Part shown: positions 13,433-25,689 of the stretch, piece by piece | How the letters are laid out: each line of letters starts with the position of its first letter | Position numbering within the stretch: position 1 is the stretch's first letter | Origin: Octopus bimaculoides | Taxonomy: Eukaryota | DNA length: 64,000 bases | Assembly (NCBI RefSeq): GCF_001194135.2 | Contig: NC_069004.1 | Location: 35,182,195-35,246,194, forward strand | Direction: 5' to 3' | Position numbers and translations under genes: made by a program | Notes under the pieces: generated by a model | Database searches by the model: none | Told to the model about the DNA's origin: nothing | The model's input: the letters and a program-made list of their open reading frames with translations, nothing else

Positions 13433-13473
13433 CGAACTCAGACACATACACACATACACACACACACACACAT

Positions 13474-13622
13474 GTACGCTTCTTTCAGTTTGCGTCCACC
13501 AAATCGACATGGTTGGCCCGAGGCTATAGTAGAAGATATTTACCCAAGGCGCCACTCAGTGAGACTGAACCCGGAAGCATGTGGTTGGTAAGCAAGCTTC
13601 TCACCACACAGCCGTGCCTGCG
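13474..13622 (-). mobile_element. tRNA-derived SINE, family C
   Basis: Reverse complement has A-box-like GGCTGTGTGG and B-box-like GGGTTCAGTC, then CCTTGGG...CTTCTACTATAGCCTCGGGCC. Six copies in the window. Confidence 0.85.
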
Positions 13623-14024
13623 CCTATGTGAATATAATTATTACACATATTTATATACAGACATATAAGCATATGTACTTAAATACACGTATATAAGTTT
13701 ATATATATACATGAATTTAAGTATATATAACTATATGTATAATATATATGTGTGTATATGTGTGTAAATTGAGTTGGACTCCATTTAGAGATGGGCTGAA
13801 AACAATAATATACCGTTTAAGGTTGAAAAATTCCAAGCCCTGCTCTAACAGCGTGGTGTATGTATGTGTGTACATGTGTGTATATGTGCGCACGTATGTT
13901 TGAGCGTAAGTGTGTGTATGTGTGTTCGCATGTGTATGTGTGAGTGTGTGAACGTGTGTGTGAATGTGTGAATGTGTGAACGCGTGTGTGAACATGTATG
14001 TGAGCTTAATTATGTCAGAGAAGA

Positions 14025-14330
14025 TATGTGGCTCAGTGGTTAGAGTATTCGACTTACTATCAAAGGGTCGTGAGTTCGATACCCGGCGGCGTAGTTATGA
14101 CTTTGAGCAAGACATTTTATTTCTAGTTGTTCCAGTTCACCCACCTGGCAAACATGAGTTGTACCTGTAATTTAGTGGCCAACATCGTTTTCATACATAG
14201 TATGTCACATTGAACCTCCCTGAGAACTATGTGTAAGAATATGCATGTCTGTAGAGTACTCAGCCACTTGCACGTTAATCTTACAAGCAGGCTGTTATGT
14301 TAATCGGATCAGCTGGAACCGTCGTCGTCG
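14025..14330 (+). mobile_element. tRNA-derived SINE, family E
   Basis: GTGGCTCAGTGGTTAGAG (A box) and GAGTTCGATACCC (B box), then TTGAGCAAGAC...TTCCAGTTCACCCA central domain and GAGTACTCAGCCACTT 3' part. Confidence 0.85.
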
Positions 14331-14502
14331 TAAATGACGGAGATCCAGTGCATATAATTGTATATATATTGATAAGAAATGGATTTTGGCACGAGGGTGA
14401 AACGGGCAACGGGAAAAATAAACGACGAAACGTAGAGAATGAAAAAAAGTGTTGACGAGAGAGAGAGAAGACGGGGAAAGAAAAGAAGGGAGTAAGTAGA
14501 AT

Positions 14503-14547
<45 letters not shown>

Positions 14548-15232
14548 GTGAGAAGGGTGAGTGCGGGAAGAAGAGATGTAGAGTGAGAATGAGAAAAGAT
14601 GAAGAATGCCAAAAACGTTAAAGATATTACAAATAGAATGGCACTAAAATGAGAGGAAAGAATGTGTGTGTGTGGGAGTATGGTTGTGTATGAAGAAGTA
14701 AAAAAAGTGATGGCGTGCTATAAAGAAAGACAAAAGCAAGAAAGGAGAGAAGGAAGGAAGTGACATGTATGAACATTTCAATTAAGAAAAAATATATCAT
14801 TATTATAAGATGTTGCAAACCAATATGGCGCATAATTTTCATATGAATTAATGGAGATGTAATAGCCAGGGAGGAATGGCGTATATGTGCGTATATGTGC
14901 ATATGTATGGGCGTGGGTACATATATATATATATATATGTATATGTTTAAGCACACACATAGACACTTTCGTATATATGTATGCATATATATTTATATTT
15001 AACTGTATATATGTATATATATACACACACACACATATACACACATGTATATGCATATATATATATATATATGAACACATACATACACGCACACATATAC
15101 ATATAGATACTTATGTGTTTATGTGGTAGTGGATGTGTCTATCTAGATTTATGCATATGTTCATGTATATATATATATGCATCATAATGCAAACATTTAT
15201 GCGTATGCACATACATACATGCACACACACAC

Positions 15233-15307
<75 letters not shown>

Positions 15308-16133
15308 NNNNNNNNNNNNNNNNNNNNNNNNNNNNNNNNNNNNNNNNNNNNNNNNNNNNNNNNNNNNNNNNNNNNNNNNNNNNNNNNNNNNNNNNNNNNN
15401 NNNNNNNNNNNNNNNNNNNNNNNNNNNNNNNNNNNNNNNNNNNNNNNNNNNNNNNNNNNNNNNNNNNNNNNNNNNNNNNNNNNNNNNNNNNNNNNNNNNN
15501 NNNNNNNNNNNNNNNNNNNNNNNNNNNNNNNNNNNNNNNNNNNNNNNNNNNNNNNNNNNNNNNNNNNNNNNNNNNNNNNNNNNNNNNNNNNNNNNNNNNN
15601 NNNNNNNNNNNNNNNNNNNNNNNNNNTATATATATATATATACATATATATGTATGTATTATTCCACGCGTGCAAGCAAGCATATGGGTATAAGAGTAAC
15701 GAGGTGTAATGGCGGTGTAGAAGGCCGGTGCAAATAAAATTTCGGTTGGGTTTGTTTGCAGACTGAGGAGCTGCCAGTCGCCGCCATAAGCATAATCTAA
15801 TATCTTATGTAAACATAATCAAATTAGTGATATGTGGTGGTATGGCGGTCAACATTGGACCCCTTATGTGCGCTGGTGGCTAAACTATGGTGGTTATCTC
15901 CTCCTATCTTCGTTATTGTCGTTGGTCAACCGGGAAAAATGCGTGAAAGAACGGTAGACAGTCTTTTGAAGTGAGCGATGATACATACATATATACATAC
16001 ACACACATATGTATGTATGTATGTATTCTTATAGGCATGTGTGTTCGCATACGTATGTTTTATATATAAATATACATATATGTGTGTCCGTATACATATA
16101 TATAAAAAACACACACATATGTATATATATATA

Positions 16134-16662
16134 TTAGGTTGTCAAGAAATTTCTTGCGGTTTTTAACCTTTAGATTCAGAGGCACATATCTCGGCTCAAC
16201 CAAAACTTTATTAATCGAAATAAGCACCATCAGAATCAACAGACTTTTGCCAACGCGAAACAAGTTTATTTATGCCAGTAGCATAAAAATCCTGCGTTCT
16301 GGTGGGGATGAAGTGTTTGAAGGCGTGTTTGGTATCGTCTTGGTTTTTGAACCATTTCTCACGCACGAAGTTGTCGAGATACTTGAAAAAGTGGTAGTCG
16401 GTAGGCAAGAGGTCTGGTGAGTATGGCGGACGAGGCAGTGTTTCGTAGCCCAATTCGTTCAACTTCTGCAGGGTCAGATGTGCGACGACGTGCGGCCGAG
16501 TGTTGTCGTAGAGTAGAATTGGTCCTTTTCTATTGACCAATGTTGGCTATTGTCAGAGTTTCTTATGCATTGCATCCATTTGCTGATAACACTTCTCCGT
16601 TCAATTCATGCAACACCCATTTCTCAGGTATTTTTTGTTTTCCAATCTCTTTCGAGTGGTTG
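16134..16662 (-). mobile_element. Internally deleted, inactive Hsmar1-like (cecropia-type) mariner transposon
   Basis: Reads EKCYQQMDAMHKKL*Q*PTLVNRKGPILLYDNTRPH...YSPDLLPTDYHFFKYLDNF...GINKLVSRWQKSVDSDGAYFD, with upstream EKWVLHELN (WVPHEL motif). A 30-bp TIR, TTAGGTTGTCAAGAAATTTCTTGCGGTTTT, lies at 16134-16163 next to TA. The other end is in a gap. Confidence 0.95.
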
Positions 16663-17445
16663 NNNNNNNNNNNNNNNNNNNNNNNNNNNNNNNNNNNNNN
16701 NNNNNNNNNNNNNNNNNNNNNNNNNNNNNNNNNNNNNNNNNNNNNNNNNNNNNNNNNNNNNNNNNNNNNNNNNNNNNNNNNNNNNNNNNNNNNNNNNNNN
16801 NNNNNNNNNNNNNNNNNNNNNNNNNNNNNNNNNNNNNNNNNNNNNNNNNNNNNNNNNNNNNNNNNNNNNNNNNNNNNNNNNNNNNNNNNNNNNNNNNNNN
16901 NNNNNNNNNNNNNNNNNNNNNNNNNNNNNNNNNNNNNNNNNNNNNNNNNNNNNNNNNNNNNNNNNNNNNNNNNNNNNNNNNNNNNNNNNNNNNNNNNNNN
17001 NNNNNNNNNNNNNNNNNNNNNNNNNNNNNNNNNNNNNNNNNNNNNNNNNNNNNNNNNNNNNNNNNNNNNNNNNNNNNNNNNNNNNNNNNNNNNNNNNNNN
17101 NNNNNNNNNNNNNNNNNNNNNNNNNNNNNNNNNNNNNNNNNNNNNNNNNNNNNNNNNNNNNNNNNNNNNNNNNNNNNNNNNNNNNNNNNNNNNNNNNNNN
17201 NNNNNNNNNNNNNNNNNNNNNNNNNNNNNNNNNNNNNNNNNNNNNNNNNNNNNNNNNNNNNNNNNNNNNNNNNNNNNNNNNNNNNNNNNNNNNNNNNNNN
17301 NNNNNNNNNNNNNNNNNNNNNNNNNNNNNNNNNNNNNNNNNNNNNNNNNNNNNNNNNNNNNNNNNNNNNNNNNNNNNNNNNNNNNNNNNNNNNNNNNNNN
17401 NNNNNNNNNNNNNNNNNNNNNNNNNNNNNNNNNNNNNNNNNNNNN

Positions 17446-17498
<53 letters not shown>

Positions 17499-18084
17499 TT
17501 ATGCGTGCGCGTGTGTGTACGTAAGTATGTTTATACGTATAAGAATGGAATAAAATAGATAAAAATTATGTATGTATAAAAACGCATTTGCCAATATATA
17601 TATATATAAAGTGTATATATACATGCAAATGCGAATATGCATTCGTATATGCGCATATACATTTTTCAACATCGCTTTTCCTCCGCTCTCAACTAATCGC
17701 TCTGCAGTCTAGGAACTTTTTTCTAAGAATTAACTGTGGATCTTCCAGCGTTTTCTACTTAACTCCCTAGCTTCACTTTCTCGTCTCCTGTTCTTTCTGA
17801 CTTCACCAAACTACATCCTGTCACAGCTATTTTGGTGCCAATGCCAATATAATTCTCGATTTTATTCTATAAAATCGTCTCGTGGCGCTGGCTCTACCGG
17901 CGACCAGCAGAAACATATTATCGTTTAGATCATCTTGATATTCGTTCATTACACAAAACATCTGTTTTCTGTAATATAGTTAGATTCCTAAACTCTGTTT
18001 CATGGCAGCGCCGAACTAGTTTATTTATCATAAATTCTTCATCGAACACCGTTGAGATTATTTATTCCTTTACTGCTTAAAGAC

Positions 18085-18200
18085 AACGGAATGCGGCCAT
18101 GCTTGAGCACTACCGTGTAAGGGTAGCCCAGTAAATGACCTACAGAATTTATTCAAAGTCGATTACGAGAGCATAAACAAACCAACACCAGTTGGCATGT
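18085..18200 (+). mobile_element. SINE-like repeat, family B, decayed
   Basis: GAATGCGGCCATGCTTGAGCAC ... ATAAACAAACCAACACCAGTTG. Confidence 0.6.
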
Positions 18201-20149
18201 AGTGTAATGCAAACCACAAGGTGCAGACATATATATTCACATACGTAGAGAGAGAGAGAGAGGGAGAGAGAGAGAGAGAAAGAGACCTATATAGATATGC
18301 ACTTCTATAAATATCTACTTCGAATGCAAAGTACCTAATCGTGGGATAGAATCCAGAGCCATTATATAGAGAAACGAAACTTTGAAATCAGGCTGACCCT
18401 CATCAACATTGGTCCAGTATTGGTCACACCATACACTGTATTATTTCAGCCGAAAGGATGTAATTAAAGTGTATCTTGGACCACAATTACCCAACGTATT
18501 TTTCTATTTAACAGCCGACAGGTCGATTTGACTGTTATTATTAGCAGCTCTTCTAACCACGTGATAGAACATCTGTCGGCGTCGACGATAACAATTTCAG
18601 TCATTCAGTCACTTCAGCTACTTGTTTTAACATGTAAGTGGCTGAATACTCCACAGACAGATGTGGTGATGATGGTAGTATCTTCGCCCCCCACACAACG
18701 TGAGAAAGAGTAGCACGCCCCCGAGTGACCTTTGAGGCTGTAAGGGTTTTCTTTCTGCCTACACTCAATAATATCGAAAGTGGGGATCGATCTATACAAA
18801 CCGAACCCATTCTCTAGATATGGATGTTTCACCACTGTGGCTCAGGGGTTAAGACGGCTGCAATTTTACATTGGAATCATTTACACCTAAAGGAATTGCA
18901 TTACAGAGGTACAAAGCACCACCTATCCGGGAGTTTCCGAAAGGCTATCAAAGAGGGCACCAGTTCAAATGAGGGACACCGCTCTGTTACTTATTGTCGA
19001 GGTTCATTCCCCTATCCTTTTCCTTTAATAAGGCTCTCACGGGACAGTGAGGGTTTGTGCTTGAAGGCCTTTCCATAACATATCACTTAACCAATAACTG
19101 GGACCTCAGTAGTGCTACATCTCCAAGTCAGAGTTTGGCTTGAGCCGACCCGAGGTTATGATAAAGTATATGATGTCACACAGGGGGATCGAGCCTAACA
19201 TTTTGCGATTAAAAAACAGACTCCTTAGCTCCATACAGTGCCAACGTGCACTCACCGCGTTGTGGCCACCGTGTAGAATTCTAAGATTGAAAATTATGGA
19301 AATTAGCAGGAATTTGATATCATTTCTTAAATCTTATATTTTTTTTGTCCAAGACAAGAAAATATCAAACATAATCGAACCGAAACTTACAACCAGATTC
19401 CAAAACCAATATTCTGTTTTATCGATTTGTCATTACCTCTCTGTGAAACATTGCAAATTGAGTGACCGGAGTTATAATCTTGGCAATCAATGCTAATCGA
19501 TAAATCAAAGGTGTTGTTTAGATTGGACCCCTGCTGATGGTGGTGGCGGCAGTGGAGATAGTGGAGGTGGAGGTGGGTATGGGGATGATGGTGGGGTGGG
19601 GCTTGAAGTGGTTGCGGGTGGAGGAGATATTTGAATAGTTCTATTGTTGCCCATCGTGTTTTTGGCATTGGTAGTAGTTGTTTTGGTGTTATTCTTGTGG
19701 TGATGGAAAATGGTGGAGGTGGTGGTGACGGTCATAGTGGTCGTGGAAGTAGTGATAGAGGTGGTGGTGGTGGTGGTGGAGGTAGNNNNNNNNNNNNNNN
19801 NNNNNNNNNNNNNNNNNNNNNNNNNNNNNNNNNNNNNNNNNNNNNNNNNNNNNNNNNNNNNNNNNNNNNNNNNNNNNNNNNNNNNNNNNNNNNNNNNNNN
19901 NNNNNNNNNNNNNNNNNNNNNNNNNNNNNNNNNNNNNNNNNNNNNNNNNNNNNNNNNNNNNNNNNNNNNNNNNNNNNNNNNNNNNNNNNNNNNNNNNNNN
20001 NNNNNNNNNNNNNNNNNNCGGCGGCGGCGGTGAGGTGACGGTTGTGGAGGCGGCGGTGGTGGTGAGTGGGAGGGGGGACCTGAAAGCTGAAATCCAGCCT
20101 GATACCATTCTTAGCAGATTTTGGCCACTAAAAAAAATACTAAGGCTTT

Positions 20150-20440
20150 GAGACACCGAGCCAGTTTCCCGTCCACCTCAGACCCCGAAGATGTGGACTT
20201 TGGGGCTCTGAATTACCAAGACCTTAAATTAGCATGAATGTAGATGAGTATTCCTCAGACGTGTGTGCCATTAATGTAATTCTTATGTAGAATTCTCGTG
20301 ACTTTAATGGGTGTCAAGACTGGATCCTAGAATGGGAGGCACAGCTCACTCGGCGGGCTTGGGCGCATTTTCTGCCAACCCAGTTATATTGACAAGTTCT
20401 GGGCTGACCCAAGGCTATGGGGACATTTGATCACATCCGA
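20150..20440 (-). mobile_element. SINE related to family E, diverged
   Basis: Reverse complement contains CACACGTCTGAGGAATACTCATCTAC, similar to the family E motif TGTCTGTAGAGTACTCAGCCAC. Confidence 0.4.
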
Positions 20441-20976
20441 GAAGGCGTGAGAGGGAGAGAGAGAGAGAGAGAGAGAGATGGGCAGGTTGGAGGAAGGGAG
20501 CTGCAGAAGGGAGTAGAGGAAAGAGGGGGGAGGAGAAAGAGGGTGAAGAGGAAGATAAGATGCATGGAACTAGGTTTGTCGATAAAAAGAGAGCAAAGGT
20601 GTTGTCATGGGATCGCGATGCATTTCATTTAGCCATGCTATATCCTCTTGGCAGTAACGCGATCTGCTAAAGTTAGCAGTCGATAACAATGCAAAAGAGC
20701 CTCTAGAAGGTCGATAAACCTGCTAGAAACAGCAGATAAATCTCATCGAAACAGCATTGTGTGATCTCGGGCTAAAGAGCAACACGAAACCCACTCAGGA
20801 GAGCAGCGACGCCAAAACAATAACGTAAGTCTTTCTGTTGGAACTTTTCTTTGTCCCATTCTCAATTTCCGCCCCTTCTGTAACTCTCTCTCTCTGTATC
20901 TATGTATATTTCTGTCTACCAATCTATCAACCTGTTTGCCTATCTTTTTATCACTCACTATCGCTCTCTCTATATG

Positions 20977-21015
<39 letters not shown>

Positions 21016-21079
21016 AATTCTATGAATATATTCCATTTAATTATATCTTTCACCCTCTCTTCTTCTCTTCCTCTACGCG

Positions 21080-21111
<32 letters not shown>

Positions 21112-22601
21112 CAAACCCATTCATTATTTTCCCTTATCACAAAATTATTGTTTCACAAAATCTCTTTTCTGTATGATTTATTGAAATTATCTTCCCATTA
21201 TTCAGTGAACGAAGACGGTGTATCTGGATTAGTTTCTATCACATTCTCCACGAAATATATGCCTGAACACATATAATATACATACNNNNNNNNNNNNNNN
21301 NNNNNNNNNNNNNNNNNNNNNNNNNNNNNNNNNNNNNNNNNNNNNNNNNNNNNNNNNNNNNNNNNNNNNNNNNNNNNNNNNNNNNNNNNNNNNNNNNNNN
21401 NNNNNNNNNNNNNNNNNNNNNNNNNNNNNNNNNNNNNNNNNNNNNNNNNNNNNNNNNNNNNNNNNNNNNNNNNNNNNNNNNNNNNNNNNNNNNNNNNNNN
21501 NNNNNNNNNNNNNNNNNNNNNNNNNNNNNNNNNNNNNNNNNNNNNNNNNNNNNNNNNNNNNNNNNNNNNNNNNNNNNNNNNNNNNNNNNNNNNNNNNNNN
21601 NNNNNNNNNNNNNNNNNNNNNNNNNNNNNNNNNNNNNNNNNNNNNNNNNNNNNNNNNNNNNNNNNNNNNNNNNNNNNNNNNNNNNNNNNNNNNNNNNNNN
21701 NNNNNNNNNNNNNNNNNNNNNNNNNNNNNNNNNNNNNNNNNNNNNNNNNNNNNNNNNNNNNNNNNNNNNNNNNNNNNNNNNNNNNNNNNNNNNNNNNNNN
21801 NNNNNNNNNNNNNNNNNNNNNNNNNNNNNNNNNNNNNNNNNNNNNNNNNNNNNNNNNNNNNNNNNNNNNNNNNNNNNNNNNNNNNNNNNNNNNNNNNNNN
21901 NNNNNNNNNNNNNNNNNNNNNNNNNNNNNNNNNNNNNNNNNNNNNNNNNNNNNNNNNNNNNNNNNNNNNNNNNNNNNNNNNNNNNNNNNNNNNNNNNNNN
22001 NNNNNNNNNNNNNNNNNNNNNNNNNNNNNNNNNNNNNNNNNNNNNNNNTATATGTATTTGAAATATGTGTGGGTATATATTTACAGAAATATATATGCAC
22101 TCACATATACATATATACACACGTACACATGTATTTTTATGTGTGTTTGTATATATATATATTTCGATATAGATATAGATGTTTGTGTGAATGTGTGTGT
22201 GCGCTTGATGCAAATGTGTTTATTGTTCCGTGTATGCATATACCGTGCATGAGCGCTGTATATACGAGAGCTGTTCATACATGCGTGTATATTTGTGTTG
22301 AGAAACCCGCAAAACTTAATTATAAACTATACATGGATGCTTAATTAATTGCAAAATACAACCCCAATCCCAGCACACAGAGATCGATCATAAATGAAAA
22401 ATCTGAAAATAATCATGAAGTTAACTGCGAAACAATTTCGAAAACGAGAAATGGCGATTTTTATCAGTAACACTTTTCCCGTGATCCTTTCGTGCCTAAC
22501 ACTCAACGCAGTAACGTCACATGACGTTATGGTCAGTTCACGGCGATGAGGCTAAACTGTTCCCATCATATACATATAGACATGCATTCAGACATACATG
22601 C

Positions 22602-22640
<39 letters not shown>

Positions 22641-22947
22641 TATATATACATAAAAACAATATATGAGTATATGCATATATATGTACATGTATGTACATAC
22701 CTGCATCTACATGTACATATAGATACATATCTGGGTACATGACGTTGCAACAGAACATGGACAAAATGATAAACAAGGTACAACAAACAAGCAGGCCACA
22801 TAGAGAACATATCCTTCATCAGCTGCCACCATATATATGAACATATGTGTGTATGTGTTTGTGGGGGAGGGGCGCGTGTGTGTCACTGATAGGAAATACA
22901 CGTATATTTATGTGTGTGTGTCTATATATATATATATGCATGTGTGC

Positions 22948-23005
<58 letters not shown>

Positions 23006-23254
23006 NNNNNNNNNNNNNNNNNNNNNNNNNNNNNNNNNNNNNNNNNNNNNNNNNNNNNNNNNNNNNNNNNNNNNNNNNNNNNNNNNNNNNNNNNNNNNNN
23101 NNNNNNNNNNNNNNNNNNNNNNNNNNNNNNNNNNNNNNNNNNNNNNNNNNNNNNNNNNNNNNNNNNNNNNNNNNNNNNNNNNNNNNNNNNNNNNNNNNNN
23201 NNNNNNNNNNNNNNNNNNNNNNNATATATATATATATATATATATATACAAATA

Positions 23255-23405
23255 CAAGGGAGTGCAGCAGGTACCCTTTTTTACGGCCTCTCCTCTCTAT
23301 ACCACCGATGTTATCCAAGGGAAAGGCAAAGGGGCCGATACAGCTTAGCACCAGTGACGTCGCAACTCATTTCTACAGCTGAGTGAACTGGAGCAACGTG
23401 AAATA
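23255..23405 (-). mobile_element. SINE fragment with a family-E-like central domain
   Basis: Reverse complement TTGCTCCAGTTCACTCAGCTGTAGAAATGAGTTG matches the TTCCAGTTCACCCACCTGGCAAACATGAGTTG domain at about 14130-14160. Confidence 0.6.
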
Positions 23406-23544
23406 TAAATATGTAATCGAAGACATACACTTACGTGCATAAATTCACATATTCTTGCAAAATACACACATCCATGCTTAAATACTCACATAAATGCACA
23501 CGTGCTAGCACTGCGACATTCAGTGTGACCTTTATGGAATTACT

Positions 23545-23890
23545 AGTGAGGATGTCTCCACTCGGTACTACCAAACTATGAAAGATGCTGTCTCGTAGGA
23601 TAAAAGATTATATAATGAAATCCGTAGAAAGTATAACCTGAGGGGGGATTAATATAGGAAGCTGGAGCGATGTAGACACATAATTCGCTGTTTCCGTGAA
23701 ATCTTCAATAAAATATAAGCACAACAGACCAGACATAATAATCAGGGATAGAAAATAAATAGGCCGAGCATTTGAAATCAGTTGCCTAAAAATATGTTAA
23801 GAAAATATTAAAGATTAAATGAAAGCGATAAAATCTCTGCCGAACTGTTGAGAAATCTGCCGGTATTCCATCCAGAGACTATCTTTAGAG
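23545..23890 (+). mobile_element. Decayed restriction-like endonuclease domain of a non-LTR retrotransposon (R4/Dong or related REL clade)
   Basis: Fragments TRYYQTMKDAVS*DKRLYNEIRRKYNL (RHD region), KYKHNRPDIIIRDRK (from about 23714; the HNRPD motif) and ISAELLRNLPVFHPE. Stops and frameshifts are present. Confidence 0.65.
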
Positions 23891-24116
23891 TCACTTTTTT
23901 TTTTCTTGTACATGACTATCTCACTACCACGCTTGAGAAACTGTGATTCGCAAAATCAGGAGGAACACACCTAATCAGAAGATTACTATCACGAACAGTC
24001 AAAAGGTACTGTTAAAAGATGTAAAACATTCTTAAAGTTGAGCAGGTAATAAGATCTACATATGTAATGACATCCACCATCCACTCCCATGTGCATATGT
24101 GCTTATGCATGTGTGC

Positions 24117-24153
<37 letters not shown>

Positions 24154-24222
24154 AGATATCCAACTATATGCATGAGAATGCATACATAAAACATACATCT
24201 CTGTACATACATACATACATAC

Positions 24223-24310
24223 CCTGTTGTTGATGTTGAAATTGCAATGAAGGACCCTTGGATCTAGGTTAGAAACCGGTTCTTTATTGGCAAGAAATCT
24301 TGAAATAATG
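24223..24310 (+). repeat. Short dispersed element embedded in (ACAT)n
   Basis: GTTGAAATTGCAATGAAGGACCCTTGGATCTAGGTTAGAAACCGGTTC...ATTGGCAAG, with (CATA)n on both sides. A related copy lies at 58325-58425. Confidence 0.55.
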
Positions 24311-24443
24311 ACATACATACATACATACATACATAACTGCCTCTGGGCTAATGTCTAAATTCCAATGAAAGTTTTGTTTCTACTTTAGAAAACGACACTT
24401 TCTCCATTGGGGAGAGATCCGAAAAATAAAACCAATAATGAAC

Positions 24444-24476
<33 letters not shown>

Positions 24477-24684
24477 NNNNNNNNNNNNNNNNNNNNNNNN
24501 NNNNNNNNNNNNNNNNNNNNNNNNNNNNNNNNNNNNNNNNNNNNNNNNNNNNNNNNNNNNNNNNNNNNNNNNNNNNNNNNNNNNNNNNNNNNNNNNNNNN
24601 NNNNNNNNNNNNNNNNNNNNNNNNNNNNNNNNNNNNNNNNNNNNNNNNNNNNNNNNNNNNNNNNNNNNNNNNNNNNNNNNNNNN

Positions 24685-24745
<61 letters not shown>

Positions 24746-25232
24746 TAACATACATGTACATTACACATGCATTCATACAAACATACGCTCACCACCCCAC
24801 ACACACATACGGATTAGTTATAAATTCGAGATACGATCTTCGTTTGGCTTCTGGCCAAACGAAGATCATATTTGTTTTTATTGCTTTGCTGTAGTTTTTC
24901 TTGTTGCTCTTGTTATTGATCATGTTGTTGTTGTTGATATAGTTTTAAGCTTTACTTTTTATAACATCGTTAACAGGTCGAAAGTCTACACAGGGACGCA
25001 AGATCGATATACAGTGGATCGAAATGAACGCTCCAGAGCATATTACAGATATTTATGCATTCTGATGATAGATCATTTACATGGTCATCCAGTATGATAC
25101 AAATAACAGCCACATCTCCCTCAAATGAAACTATTATTAAGGAAATAACTGCTAGGTTTGACGATGTGTTCCCGTGATAAACAACGTCTGGGGTGGGGTG
25201 GGGGATCAACAACAACAACAGTAAGAATAATC

Positions 25233-25443
25233 TTTTCTTCTCTAGGCACAAAGCCCGAAGTTTGTGGGGAGGGGTCCAGTCGATTAGATTGAACCCCAGT
25301 ACGCAACTGGTTCTTCATTTATCGACCCCGGAAGGATGAAAGGTAAAGTCAACCTCGGCGGAATTTGAACTCAGAACGTACAGACGGGCGAAACACCGCT
25401 AAGAATTTTGTCCGGTGTGCTAACGGTTCTGCCAGCTCGCCGC
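25233..25443 (-). mobile_element. SINE family A, near full length
   Basis: Reverse complement GCGGCGAGCTGGCAGAACCGTTAGC...GAGTTCAAATTCCGCCGAGG...TGTGCCTAGAG. Closely similar to 27281-27495. Confidence 0.92.
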
Positions 25444-25689
25444 TTTTACAACAGCAGCAATAATAACAAGTTACGGGGGTCTCTAAGCACCATTTTCATC
25501 CGCTAGAAATACCAGAAAAATCCCTCTTCAATCGCACCATTTCGTTTTGAAAATATGGAGGGGCATATCGAATGTAAAACCCATTATTCCTCTGTTACTC
25601 TTGTAATATATCGTTAAATATTTTATGCAGAAGCGCCTATCCCTCTTATGGTAGTGGGCATACGATGCCACCCTATTTGACTCCCTTTA

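Noticed and set aside
14025-14095. tRNA-like sequence with A and B boxes
   Set aside because: No convincing cloverleaf or terminator, and it continues into a SINE body.
20700-20830. Exon candidate ending at the strong donor AAC|gtaagt (20825)
   Set aside because: No good acceptor, and the upstream part (CCTGCTAGAAA...AAATCTC) matches repeat fragments at about 25500 and 38125.
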